From positions 210,995 to 274,994 of the forward strand of contig JBKEEF010000012.1 of NCBI GenBank assembly GCA_047975765.1: DNA of 64,000 nucleotides. Direction: 5' to 3'. The notes beneath the pieces are model-generated. The model had not been told where the DNA came from, did no database searches, and worked only from the letters and a program-made list of their open reading frames with translations. Shown here piece by piece: positions 28,009 to 36,146 of the stretch; the stretch's first letter is position 1; each line of letters starts with the position of its first letter. Origin of the DNA: Alphaproteobacteria bacterium (GTDB taxonomy: Bacteria > Pseudomonadota > Alphaproteobacteria > RF32 > CAG-239). The translations under genes were made by a program, and so were the position numbers.

Positions 28009-28611
28009 CTAATCAATAGGCTTTTTTAATAAATCTAAACAATTAGTATCTTTTTTATGTCCATACATAGCTCCTTTAGCATTATTAGACATATCTTTTA
28101 TACTATCAATATAAATATTTCTCCTTCCTCCATATTTTTTAGGGGTTATATTTTTTCTTCCTAAATCAAGAGCTTCTTTTCCTAAAGCAGCAAAAGCTCC
28201 AGTAAATTTCATTTTTCCATCTCCTTTTGCTGGAAGGCAACTTATATATTGATGTTTATTTACGTCAGATACACCTTTCAAAGCATTCACTCTCTTGACC
28301 TCATCATACCAATCTTTAACATTTTCTTTATAGGGTTTTTCTTTAGATACTATTGCATTATTCTTCCTCACTTCATTAATTTTTTTCTCCGTTTCTCCAC
28401 CTGGTTTAATTACTTCATCTACCTTAAGCTTATTGTCTTTTTGAAAACTATTAATTCCTTTGAACAAACCTTCATCCGTGAACTTATTCATTCCAACTTT
28501 TTCATCTACTTTATAATATCCCATATTATTTAGTTCTTTTTTTGTATTCAGAACGTCATCTCCGTCAATATCATCTGTCGTTCTTGAAATCTCTTTTTTC
28601 AACGTTAACAT
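28009..28611 (-). CDS. Peptidoglycan-binding (PG_binding_1-like) protein with SAA-like C-terminal domain; candidate polymorphic toxin
   Basis: DDVLNTKKELNNMGYY, GINSFQKDNKLKVDEVIKPGGET; C-terminal SD...H, KE..D, DS.KD..NN..G; SD ggag. Confidence 0.75.
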   Translation of the reverse strand: MLTLKKEISRTTDDIDGDDVLNTKKELNNMGYYKVDEKVGMNKFTDEGLFKGINSFQKDNKLKVDEVIKPGGETEKKINEVRKNNAIVSKEKPYKENVKDWYDEVKRVNALKGVSDVNKHQYISCLPAKGDGKMKFTGAFAALGKEALDLGRKNITPKKYGGRRNIYIDSIKDMSNNAKGAMYGHKKDTNCLDLLKKPID

Positions 28612-28642
28612 TTTATTTTCTCCATTTTAAATATTTAAAACT

Positions 28643-28738
28643 AAAAAAGAGACACTAGCAGAACCAGTGACTCTCAAATTAAATTTGTTATAACAAAAAA
28701 AGAAGCGTATCTCACAGATGCACTTCTCCCTAGTAACT
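28643..28738 (-). ncRNA. Putative small RNA / leader with two U-tailed hairpins
   Basis: Downstream of TTGACA-17-TATATA; hairpin 28701-28727, AU-rich linker, hairpin 28649-28675; no ORF. Confidence 0.45.
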
Positions 28739-28743
28739 TTCCC

Positions 28744-28772
28744 TATATACACCAAGCCATACAAATTGTCAA
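28744..28772 (-). promoter_or_regulatory. Near-consensus sigma70 promoter
   Basis: TTGACA (28772-28767)-17-TATATA (28749-28744). Confidence 0.7.
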
Positions 28773-28817
28773 GGATTTTATTCCTACTAAAATACATAAT
28801 ATATCTTGTAGATAAAC

Positions 28818-28844
28818 AAAAAAGCCTTGAAAAACAAGGCTTTT
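28818..28844 (-). terminator. Terminator after tRNA-His
   Basis: aaaagccttg/caaggctttt hairpin 5 nt after CCA. Confidence 0.8.
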
Positions 28845-28848
28845 AAAA

Positions 28849-28925
28849 TGGGGCGAAAGACGGGGCTCGAACCCGCGACAACCGGTACCACAAACCGGGG
28901 CTCTACCAACTGAGCTACTTCCGCC
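28849..28925 (-). tRNA. tRNA-His (GTG) with G-1, C73 and encoded CCA
   Basis: Reverse complement GGCGGAAG TAGCTCAGTTGGTAGAGC...CCGGT TTGTGGT ACCGG...GGTTCGAGCCC CTTTCGC C CCA; all stems pair. Confidence 0.98.
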
Positions 28926-29194
28926 ATAATCTTATGACTAAGAGGTCTTTTACTATAATCGCCAATAAAGTCAAGAAAAAATTTTCTTTGCGTAACTTTT
29001 TTTACTTTATTTTTACTTTGCAACTAAAATCTACTTTTTAGAAATATATATGAAATTATTTCTTAATCACTAAATCAATAAGATACACTCTTTAGTGGAG
29101 AACAAACATAGAACAGCCTTCAGTAGCCCAGTTTTATTAACTTTTTATTTTCTTTTCTCAACTAAAATGAGAGATAGGTTTGGGGAATTTTTTA

Positions 29195-30460
29195 ATGCTT
29201 AAAATTTTTAATTCATATTTAAAATTTATTCTATTTTTTGTGTTCTGCTGCACTGCTACTGATAGCTATGCCAGAAAGACAGCTTCTATTGTCTTAGATG
29301 TTGAGACAGGAAAGACTCTATCTGCAAAGAATTCTGAAGATCTTATGTATCCAGCTTCCCTCACCAAGGTTATGACCTTATATATCACTTTTGATGCACT
29401 TGATAAAGGGCTTATCAAAATGGATGATAAACTCCCTGTTTCCAGAAATGCAACACTTGTTTCACCTTCAAAACTTGGTCTTCGCAAAGGCGAAACAATC
29501 ACTGTTGAAAATGCGATTAAAGCATTGATTGTTAAATCTGCAAATGATTGTGCAGTTGTGTTAGCAGAGGCTCTTGGTCATAGTGAAGGTAGATTTGCCG
29601 AAGCTATGACAGATGTTGCACATGGACTTGGAATGAAACAAACAACTTTTAAAAATGCGTCTGGTTTGCCTAATAAACAACAAAAAACAACGGCTAAGGA
29701 CATGGCTATTCTTGCAGCCGCCATGTATCACCATTTCCCACAATACTACGACCTATTTTCTCTTAAAAAATTCAAATATCATAATGTCACTTACCTAACC
29801 CATAATCACCTTCTTGGAAGATTCAGAGGAGCTGATGGCTTAAAAACAGGTTACACAGCAGCAGCTGGTTTTAATATTGTAACATCTGCAGAAAGAAATG
29901 GAAAAAGAATCATCGCTGTGACAATGGGACATAGAACCTTGCGCGAAAGAGATAATTTTATTGCTCAGCAAATGGAAATAAACCTCAAGAAACTTGGTGG
30001 AATCAAAGAAAGAAAAACACTTCTTGCTGAAATTGAAATTTCTAGAAAACCATTCCATGGACCTTCTTCAATTTTAGAAAAAAAAGAAGAAGTTATCATT
30101 TCTAAGAACGACATAAAACAAGAAACCAAAGAAGAAATCAAAAAAGAACTTAAAGAAGAATTAAAGGAAGAAACTGAAGAGCTTTCTAATAAAAACGACT
30201 GGGGCATTTTTGTAGGCACTTTCTCAAATTATACCAAAGCACAAAACTATGCGAAAAAGTTTAGAGAAAAAGAGAAGCTTGTAGATAAATCCATTGAAAT
30301 TGAAATTGAAGAAGTTCGTGCAGCAATTATTTACAAATCTAAAATTGTAGGCTTTTCTAAAGAAGATGCTGATAAGTTGTGTAATAATTTGAAAAAAACT
30401 CAAAAATCTTGTAGTGTTATCGCAGGCAAAGAAATTCATCTTGCCTATCATAACAAATAA
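29195..30460 (+). CDS. dacA: D-alanyl-D-alanine carboxypeptidase (peptidase S11) with C-terminal SPOR-like domain
   Basis: YPASLTKVMT (SxxK), KSANDCA (SxN), GLKTGYT (KTG); C-terminal WGIFVGTFS...ADKLCNNLK. Confidence 0.93.
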   Translation: MLKIFNSYLKFILFFVFCCTATDSYARKTASIVLDVETGKTLSAKNSEDLMYPASLTKVMTLYITFDALDKGLIKMDDKLPVSRNATLVSPSKLGLRKGETITVENAIKALIVKSANDCAVVLAEALGHSEGRFAEAMTDVAHGLGMKQTTFKNASGLPNKQQKTTAKDMAILAAAMYHHFPQYYDLFSLKKFKYHNVTYLTHNHLLGRFRGADGLKTGYTAAAGFNIVTSAERNGKRIIAVTMGHRTLRERDNFIAQQMEINLKKLGGIKERKTLLAEIEISRKPFHGPSSILEKKEEVIISKNDIKQETKEEIKKELKEELKEETEELSNKNDWGIFVGTFSNYTKAQNYAKKFREKEKLVDKSIEIEIEEVRAAIIYKSKIVGFSKEDADKLCNNLKKTQKSCSVIAGKEIHLAYHNK

Positions 30461-30474
30461 AACAGGTTAGAACA

Positions 30475-31260
30475 TTGGCTAAAAAATCTCACATCATTGT
30501 CATTAGTAACGAAAAAGGTGGCACAGGGAAATCTACACTTTCGATGCACTTAGCTGTTCTTCTTTTGAATGAGGGCTTTTCTGTTGCAACCATTGATGTT
30601 GACGGCAGGCAAGGCACTCTTTCGAAATATATTGAAAATCGCAAAAGATATATTCATAAAAATGAACTTTCTTTGCCAATGCCAGAGCATGTTTCTTTTT
30701 CAATTGACAATGATGCGTCAGAAAATATGAAAAAACTAGAACAAACGATTGAAAAGCTTTCCGAAAAATTTGATGCGATTATCATTGATACACCAGGAAG
30801 TAAAAACTATCTTTTTGATGAAGCACACAAATATACTGACACTCTCATCACTCCAATTTCAGATAGTTTTCTTGACCTCACCGTTATTGCGGACATCGAT
30901 TTTGAAACTCAAAAAATTATGAATCCTAGTCATTATGCAACACATATTTGGGAAGTGAAAAAACAGCTTGCTGCTCAGGGAAAAGCATATTTGAATTGGA
31001 TTGTTGTTGGTAACAAAATCTCTCCATTCCAGTCTAATAATCAAAAGCAAGTTTTTGAATATCTAACACAACTTGAAAAACTTTATGGATTTAGAAGTCT
31101 TATAGGTGTTAAAGACCGCGCTATTTATAAAGAAATGTTCTTAGAAGGTCTGACTGTTCTTGATATGCAAAACGACATGCTCAAGATGAAAATGAGTATG
31201 TCTCATTTAGCTGCAAAAAGAGAAATTTTCAAACTTGCTGAATTCATTTCTCCTAAATAA
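30475..31260 (+). CDS. mipZ: Division-plane positioning ATPase MipZ
   Basis: ISNEKGGTGKST, IDVDGRQGTL..YIENR, IDTPG, TLITPISDSFLDL, DRAIYKEMFLEGLT, AKREI. Confidence 0.9.
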   Translation: MAKKSHIIVISNEKGGTGKSTLSMHLAVLLLNEGFSVATIDVDGRQGTLSKYIENRKRYIHKNELSLPMPEHVSFSIDNDASENMKKLEQTIEKLSEKFDAIIIDTPGSKNYLFDEAHKYTDTLITPISDSFLDLTVIADIDFETQKIMNPSHYATHIWEVKKQLAAQGKAYLNWIVVGNKISPFQSNNQKQVFEYLTQLEKLYGFRSLIGVKDRAIYKEMFLEGLTVLDMQNDMLKMKMSMSHLAAKREIFKLAEFISPK

Positions 31261-31361
31261 ATTTATCAGTCAATAACCTTGCTTTTGACTTGTCTTTATA
31301 ATCAAAAGTGCTAAAATTCCGACATCAATTTACAAAATTACAATTATTGAGAGGAAGATAT

Positions 31362-32981
31362 ATGTTTAAAACTGTTGCTACAACGCCATACGGCGACCAA
31401 AAAATGGGAACCGCCGGTCTTCGCAAAAAATCTAAAGTCTGGATGCAGCCAAACTATGTTGAAAACTTTGTTCAAAGCATTTTCAATAGCATTGGCGGTG
31501 TTGAAGGTCACACTTATATCGTTGGGGGTGACGGTCGTTTTTATAATAAAGTTATGGTTCAAAAAATTATCAAACTTGCTGCTGGTAATGGTGTTAAAAA
31601 ACTTATCATTGGTCAAAATGGTTTGATGTCTACACCAATTTCTTCTAAACTCATTATCACACACAAGACTGACGGAAGTTTGGTCTTGACAGCTTCTCAC
31701 AATCCTGGTGGTGAAAATGGCGATGCTGGCATCAAATATGCAACAGCATCTGGTGGCCAAGCTCCAAAACAAATCACTGATGCAATTTATAAAAACACCA
31801 AGGAAATTACGGAATATAAAATTTATGATGAAGGCGACATTGACCTTTCAAAGCTTGGTCATGTGAAATATGGCAAAATGGAAATTGAAATTGTCGATAC
31901 AATTGATGACTATGTTGCAATGTGTAAAGAATTATTTGATTTTGCCTCTTTGAAAAAACTTTTCCAAAGCGGTTTCAGAATCAAATTTGACTCTATGAAT
32001 GCCGTGACTGGTCCATATGCTGTTAAGATTTTTGAAGAAATTTTAGGGGCGGAAAAAGGTAGTGTAATGAATGCTGTTCCTCAACCAGACTTTGGTGGAC
32101 TTCATCCAGACCCAAATCTTAAATATGCGAAAGAACTGATTGAGATTTTGAATGGCAAAAATGCACCTGATTTTGGTGCGGCAACTGACGGAGACGGTGA
32201 CCGTTATATGATTTTGGGTCAAAACTTTTTTGTAACCCCAAGCGACAGCCTTGCGATCATCACAGACAATTACAAACTCATTCCTGCTTATGAAAAAGGG
32301 ATTTTCGGAGTTGCTAAATCTGCGGCGACATCAACAGCTGTAGCTCGTGTTGCAAAGGCTCATAACATTGGTTATTACGAAACGCCAACAGGTTGGAAGT
32401 TCTTTGTGAACTTGATGGATTCAAACAGAATCACTTTTTGTGGTGAAGAAAGCTTCGGCGCTGGTTCAAGTCATATCAGAGAAAAAGACGGCATTTGGGC
32501 AATTCTTTTCTGGCTTAGCATTATTGCAAAGACAGGCAAATCTGTTGAAGAAATTGTGGTTGACCACTGGAAAAAATATGGTCGTAGCTACTATATGCGT
32601 TTTGACTTTGAAGAAATAGATTCTGAAATTGCCAACAAATTGATGCAAGATTTAGAAACAACACTTGCTGGTTTGAAGGGTAAAACTTTCGGGAGTTATG
32701 AAGTTGAAAGCGCTGGTGCTTTTGTTTATGACGATCCTGTTGACGGAAGTTCGACTAAAGACGGTTTTGTTATTCACCTCACCGATGGTTCAAGAATTGT
32801 ATATCGTCTTTCTGGAACAGGTTCAGTTGGTGCAACACTCCGTGTTTATATTGAAAAACTGGAAACAAAGAAAATCGAAGAAGATGCACGTCAAATGGTT
32901 GATGAGCTTTATAAATTGGCAGCGCAAATTGCTGAAGTTGAGAAAAGAACAGGAAAAAAAGAAGCAGATGTTACAACTTAA
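31362..32981 (+). CDS. pgm: Phosphoglucomutase
   Basis: DQKMGTAGLRKK, LTASHNPGG (phospho-Ser), ATDGDGDR, CGEESFG; ATG at 31362 with SD gagga. Confidence 0.97.
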   Translation: MFKTVATTPYGDQKMGTAGLRKKSKVWMQPNYVENFVQSIFNSIGGVEGHTYIVGGDGRFYNKVMVQKIIKLAAGNGVKKLIIGQNGLMSTPISSKLIITHKTDGSLVLTASHNPGGENGDAGIKYATASGGQAPKQITDAIYKNTKEITEYKIYDEGDIDLSKLGHVKYGKMEIEIVDTIDDYVAMCKELFDFASLKKLFQSGFRIKFDSMNAVTGPYAVKIFEEILGAEKGSVMNAVPQPDFGGLHPDPNLKYAKELIEILNGKNAPDFGAATDGDGDRYMILGQNFFVTPSDSLAIITDNYKLIPAYEKGIFGVAKSAATSTAVARVAKAHNIGYYETPTGWKFFVNLMDSNRITFCGEESFGAGSSHIREKDGIWAILFWLSIIAKTGKSVEEIVVDHWKKYGRSYYMRFDFEEIDSEIANKLMQDLETTLAGLKGKTFGSYEVESAGAFVYDDPVDGSSTKDGFVIHLTDGSRIVYRLSGTGSVGATLRVYIEKLETKKIEEDARQMVDELYKLAAQIAEVEKRTGKKEADVTT

Positions 32982-34020
32982 GAAGACATTTCTCTATTCA
33001 CTTGTTTTAGCATTGCTACTTTGTGGCAATGCTAAAGCTGGTTTATATGGCGTAGATAGTGTTAATCCTTATTTGCCAGAAGAAACCCCTCAAACGACAG
33101 GATTTTCTCCAAAGCATATTGCAAATTATAGAAGTTTGATGAGAGATAATATCAACTTTCTTTCTCGATATGCCAAAGCAAAAAGCCCTCAATTTCAAAT
33201 TATTCTTCATGGAGACGACACTCTTTTTAATATTGGAGAAGTTGAATATTTGACATCTCAATATAATAACATCAAAAACAAAACAATGAATAATGAGAAG
33301 ACTTCATTGTTGGCTTCTGAAAATATCGATGCCATTTCTGTAGTTGGCGTTTCTTGCGACAACAAAGAAATTCCACAAATCATCAAAGATAAAAAACAAA
33401 CTCCAATTTATATTGAACATTGCTCAAACGAAAAAGAAATTGATAGAGCAATAGAATTTTCCATTGAAAACAATGCACCAGCTTATCTTTTTTCAAATCG
33501 TGAAAATGCTTTCAAAAACATTAAAGGCGAGCTTATCATTAAGGAAAATTCAAGAAATATTTTCACAACGAAAGATGCTAAAAACATTTCCTTCTTACTT
33601 GATGATGGACAATTTGCAAGCAAGTATGAAATGATAGAAGACATGAGCAAAACAAACTATGACATCATTGTGATAAAGCCTCTTTTTCACAATAAAACAC
33701 GCTTTACAAAAGCTGAAATTGAGAGTATGAAATTCAAGAAAAATGGAGCAAAAAGACTTATCATTGCTGAGATGAACCTAACAGAAGCTAACCCTATTGA
33801 CTATTTCTGGCAAGAAGACTGGCAATTAGGAAGTCCAAGTTGGTTGAAGAGAAAGTCTTTTGTTGAAGAAAATTCTGTTATCACAGAATATTGGCAACCT
33901 CAATGGAGAGAAGTTTTATCAAAACATTTCAACAGCATTATGAATTCTGGCTTTGATGGTGTGTGGTTCACTGGAACAGAAAACTATCAATATTTTGAAA
34001 AACAAACCCCTGTGATTTAG
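32968..34020 (+). CDS. GH114/TM1410-MJ1477-like (polygalactosaminidase-like) protein, probably degenerate
   Basis: Signal peptide from ATG 32968; YDIIVI, KRLIIA, YFWQEDW, P.WL, EYWQPQW, GFDGVW. Confidence 0.7.
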   Translation: MLQLKKTFLYSLVLALLLCGNAKAGLYGVDSVNPYLPEETPQTTGFSPKHIANYRSLMRDNINFLSRYAKAKSPQFQIILHGDDTLFNIGEVEYLTSQYNNIKNKTMNNEKTSLLASENIDAISVVGVSCDNKEIPQIIKDKKQTPIYIEHCSNEKEIDRAIEFSIENNAPAYLFSNRENAFKNIKGELIIKENSRNIFTTKDAKNISFLLDDGQFASKYEMIEDMSKTNYDIIVIKPLFHNKTRFTKAEIESMKFKKNGAKRLIIAEMNLTEANPIDYFWQEDWQLGSPSWLKRKSFVEENSVITEYWQPQWREVLSKHFNSIMNSGFDGVWFTGTENYQYFEKQTPVI

Positions 34021-34029
34021 AGAAGAAAA

Positions 34030-34299
34030 ATGACCGAAGTTGAATTTTTAGACATTACCAGAGACGCTATCATCACCCTTCTCAAAGTTGTTTCCCCTGT
34101 GCTTTTTGTGGCGCTTGCGATTGGTTTGATTATTGGTATTTTTCAGGCTTTGACACAAATTCAAGAAATGACACTTGCTTTTGTTCCAAAAATCATTGGT
34201 GTTTTCGTTGCCATAATTATTCTTTTGCCATTTATGTTCAATCAACTTAAAGGCTTAAGTGATATGCTTTTTGACAGAATTGTCAGTGGTGGTGGATGA
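34030..34299 (+). CDS. fliQ: Flagellar-type export gate protein FliQ
   Basis: GLIIGIFQALTQIQEMTLAFVPKI. Confidence 0.95.
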   Translation: MTEVEFLDITRDAIITLLKVVSPVLFVALAIGLIIGIFQALTQIQEMTLAFVPKIIGVFVAIIILLPFMFNQLKGLSDMLFDRIVSGGG

Positions 34300-34305
34300 T
34301 AAAAG

Positions 34306-35064
34306 ATGAGCACGCTTCTTTCATTTGAAATATATAGCTTTTTATTTGTGTTTTTTCGTTTAGGTTCGGCGATTATGTTTATGCCGGCCTTTATGACGTC
34401 TTATGTTCCAACAAAATATCGCCTAGCAATTGCACTTTCAATTAGCCTTGTGCTCACGCCTCTCCTACAAACAAAGATGAATATTCCCGTCGATAACCTT
34501 GCAGAATTTATGAAAATCTCTATGTTTGAGATTCTCTATGGTGTTTTTCTTGGATTGTTTATGCAATTTCTTTTTTTAGCACTCAGTCTGCTTGGAACGA
34601 TTGCCGGAACAGCAATTGGCTTTGCAAATGCGATGTTTTTTAACCCAACGACACAAACTCAGACGATTGTTATTGAATCCTTTTTCAGTATTTTAGCGGT
34701 TACACTTGTATTTGTTTTAGATATTCACCATTTGATGATTTCAGCGGTGTCTGATAGTTATGAAGTTTTTCCATTTGGAAGTCCTCCTCCAATGGATGAT
34801 ATTGTCGACTTTTTGAGTCAAACCTTAAATAAGAGTTTTGTTATGGGCTTCAAAATCTCTGCACCATTTGTGGCTTTTACGCTCGTCTTTTATTCCGGAA
34901 TGGGACTTTTTTCAAGGTTAATGCCACAATTGAATATCTTTTTTCTTTCAATTCCTTTACAAATATATTTGGGATTAGGACTCCTTTTTTTAACAATTCC
35001 CGTCATTATAATGCTCTTCTTAGATTATTATGAAGAAGGCATTTTACAATTTGTGAAACAGTGA
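34306..35064 (+). CDS. fliR: Flagellar-type export gate protein FliR
   Basis: FFRLGSAIMFMP, EILYG, IAGTAIGF, LDIHHLMI, SRLMPQLNIF. Confidence 0.93.
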   Translation: MSTLLSFEIYSFLFVFFRLGSAIMFMPAFMTSYVPTKYRLAIALSISLVLTPLLQTKMNIPVDNLAEFMKISMFEILYGVFLGLFMQFLFLALSLLGTIAGTAIGFANAMFFNPTTQTQTIVIESFFSILAVTLVFVLDIHHLMISAVSDSYEVFPFGSPPPMDDIVDFLSQTLNKSFVMGFKISAPFVAFTLVFYSGMGLFSRLMPQLNIFFLSIPLQIYLGLGLLFLTIPVIIMLFLDYYEEGILQFVKQ

Positions 35065-35072
35065 GGTAGTAC

Positions 35073-36146
35073 ATGGTTGCTGAAGACGACGACGAGTCCT
35101 CAAAAACAGAAGACCCCTCCGAGAGGAAGCTCGAAAAAGCGAAGGAAGAAGGCGACGTTGCCATATCGCAGGAGGCGAAGAATTTCGTCATGCTTCTTGG
35201 TATCCTTTTTGTAGTTTGGCTCATTATTCCAATGCTCTTAAGATGGTTTTACAACTTGAATATTAAATTTATTGAGGCTCCAGAAAGTTACACAATCAAC
35301 TTAAAGACCTTCCATTTGTTGTTCAAAAATGCTGTCATAAATTTTTTCAAAATTATGGCTATTCCTTTTGGAATTTTTATTATTTTTGGGGTTTTTGCAA
35401 GTGTAATGCAAACAGGTTTCATTTTTGCCCCGAAAAAGATTGAATTTAAATGGGAAAAACTAAACTTTATCAAAGAACTTCCCAAACTGATTACAATGCG
35501 TAAAATTGTTGAGAGTATCAAGGGAATTCTTAAAATTATAGTGGTAGCTTTTATTGGCATTCACGTCATTCGTCCATATCTTGGAAAAGCAGAACTTTTA
35601 CCAACAATGGAAACAATGGGAATTTTAAGTTTTATTCATAAAATTGTGGTATTGTTAATTTTCACAATGGCAATTGCGGTTTTTGTGTTAGCAATTGCCG
35701 ACTTCTTGTATCAGAAATTTTCACATTTGAAGAAAATGCGTATGACCAAACAAGAAGTTAAAGAAGAATATAAACAAAGTGAAGGTGACCCGCTCGTCAA
35801 GTCTAAAATCAGACAGATTCGACATGAAAGAGCTCGTCAAAGAATGATGGACAATGTTCCAAAAGCAAGTGTCATTATCACCAACCCGACACACTATGCT
35901 ATTGCTTTGGAATATAATATGGATACAATGGAAGCGCCAAAAGTTGTGGCAAAAGGTGTGGATCACTTGGCTCTTAGAATTAGAGCCGTTGCAGAAGAAA
36001 ATGATGTACCTATCGTTGAAAATCCACCACTTGCCAGAGCGTTGTTTGCTTCCGTGGATATTGACGAATATGTTCCTTCAGAACATTTTAAAGCCGTTGC
36101 AGAGGTAATTGGATATGTTATGCAGCTTAACAAAGAAAAGACCTGA
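35073..36146 (+). CDS. flhB: Flagellar-type export switch protein FlhB
   Basis: SKTEDPSERKL, MTKQEVKEEYKQSEGDP, ITNPTHYA autocleavage site, ENPPLARALF. Confidence 0.96.
   Translation: MVAEDDDESSKTEDPSERKLEKAKEEGDVAISQEAKNFVMLLGILFVVWLIIPMLLRWFYNLNIKFIEAPESYTINLKTFHLLFKNAVINFFKIMAIPFGIFIIFGVFASVMQTGFIFAPKKIEFKWEKLNFIKELPKLITMRKIVESIKGILKIIVVAFIGIHVIRPYLGKAELLPTMETMGILSFIHKIVVLLIFTMAIAVFVLAIADFLYQKFSHLKKMRMTKQEVKEEYKQSEGDPLVKSKIRQIRHERARQRMMDNVPKASVIITNPTHYAIALEYNMDTMEAPKVVAKGVDHLALRIRAVAEENDVPIVENPPLARALFASVDIDEYVPSEHFKAVAEVIGYVMQLNKEKT

Noticed and set aside
1930-28711. Matches between pal flanks and the toxin upstream region (cattttattttctccat at both start codons; agcgtatctca in both hairpins)
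   Set aside because: Short, AT-rich, largely explained by SD plus ATG and terminator constraints; same orientation, so no antisense pairing is implied.
27000-28870. att-type direct repeat of the tRNA-His 3' end bounding the AT-rich cassette
   Set aside because: No copy of the tRNA 3' sequence found at the left boundary and no integrase, so it cannot be called an integrative element.
30115-30185. aaagaagaa-type tandem repeats in dacA
   Set aside because: In-frame low-complexity KEE linker between the catalytic and SPOR domains; not a contingency locus.
32698-32967. 90-aa N-terminal extension of the GH114-like ORF
   Set aside because: Overlaps the pgm C-terminus in another frame; ATG 32968 gives a clean signal peptide.
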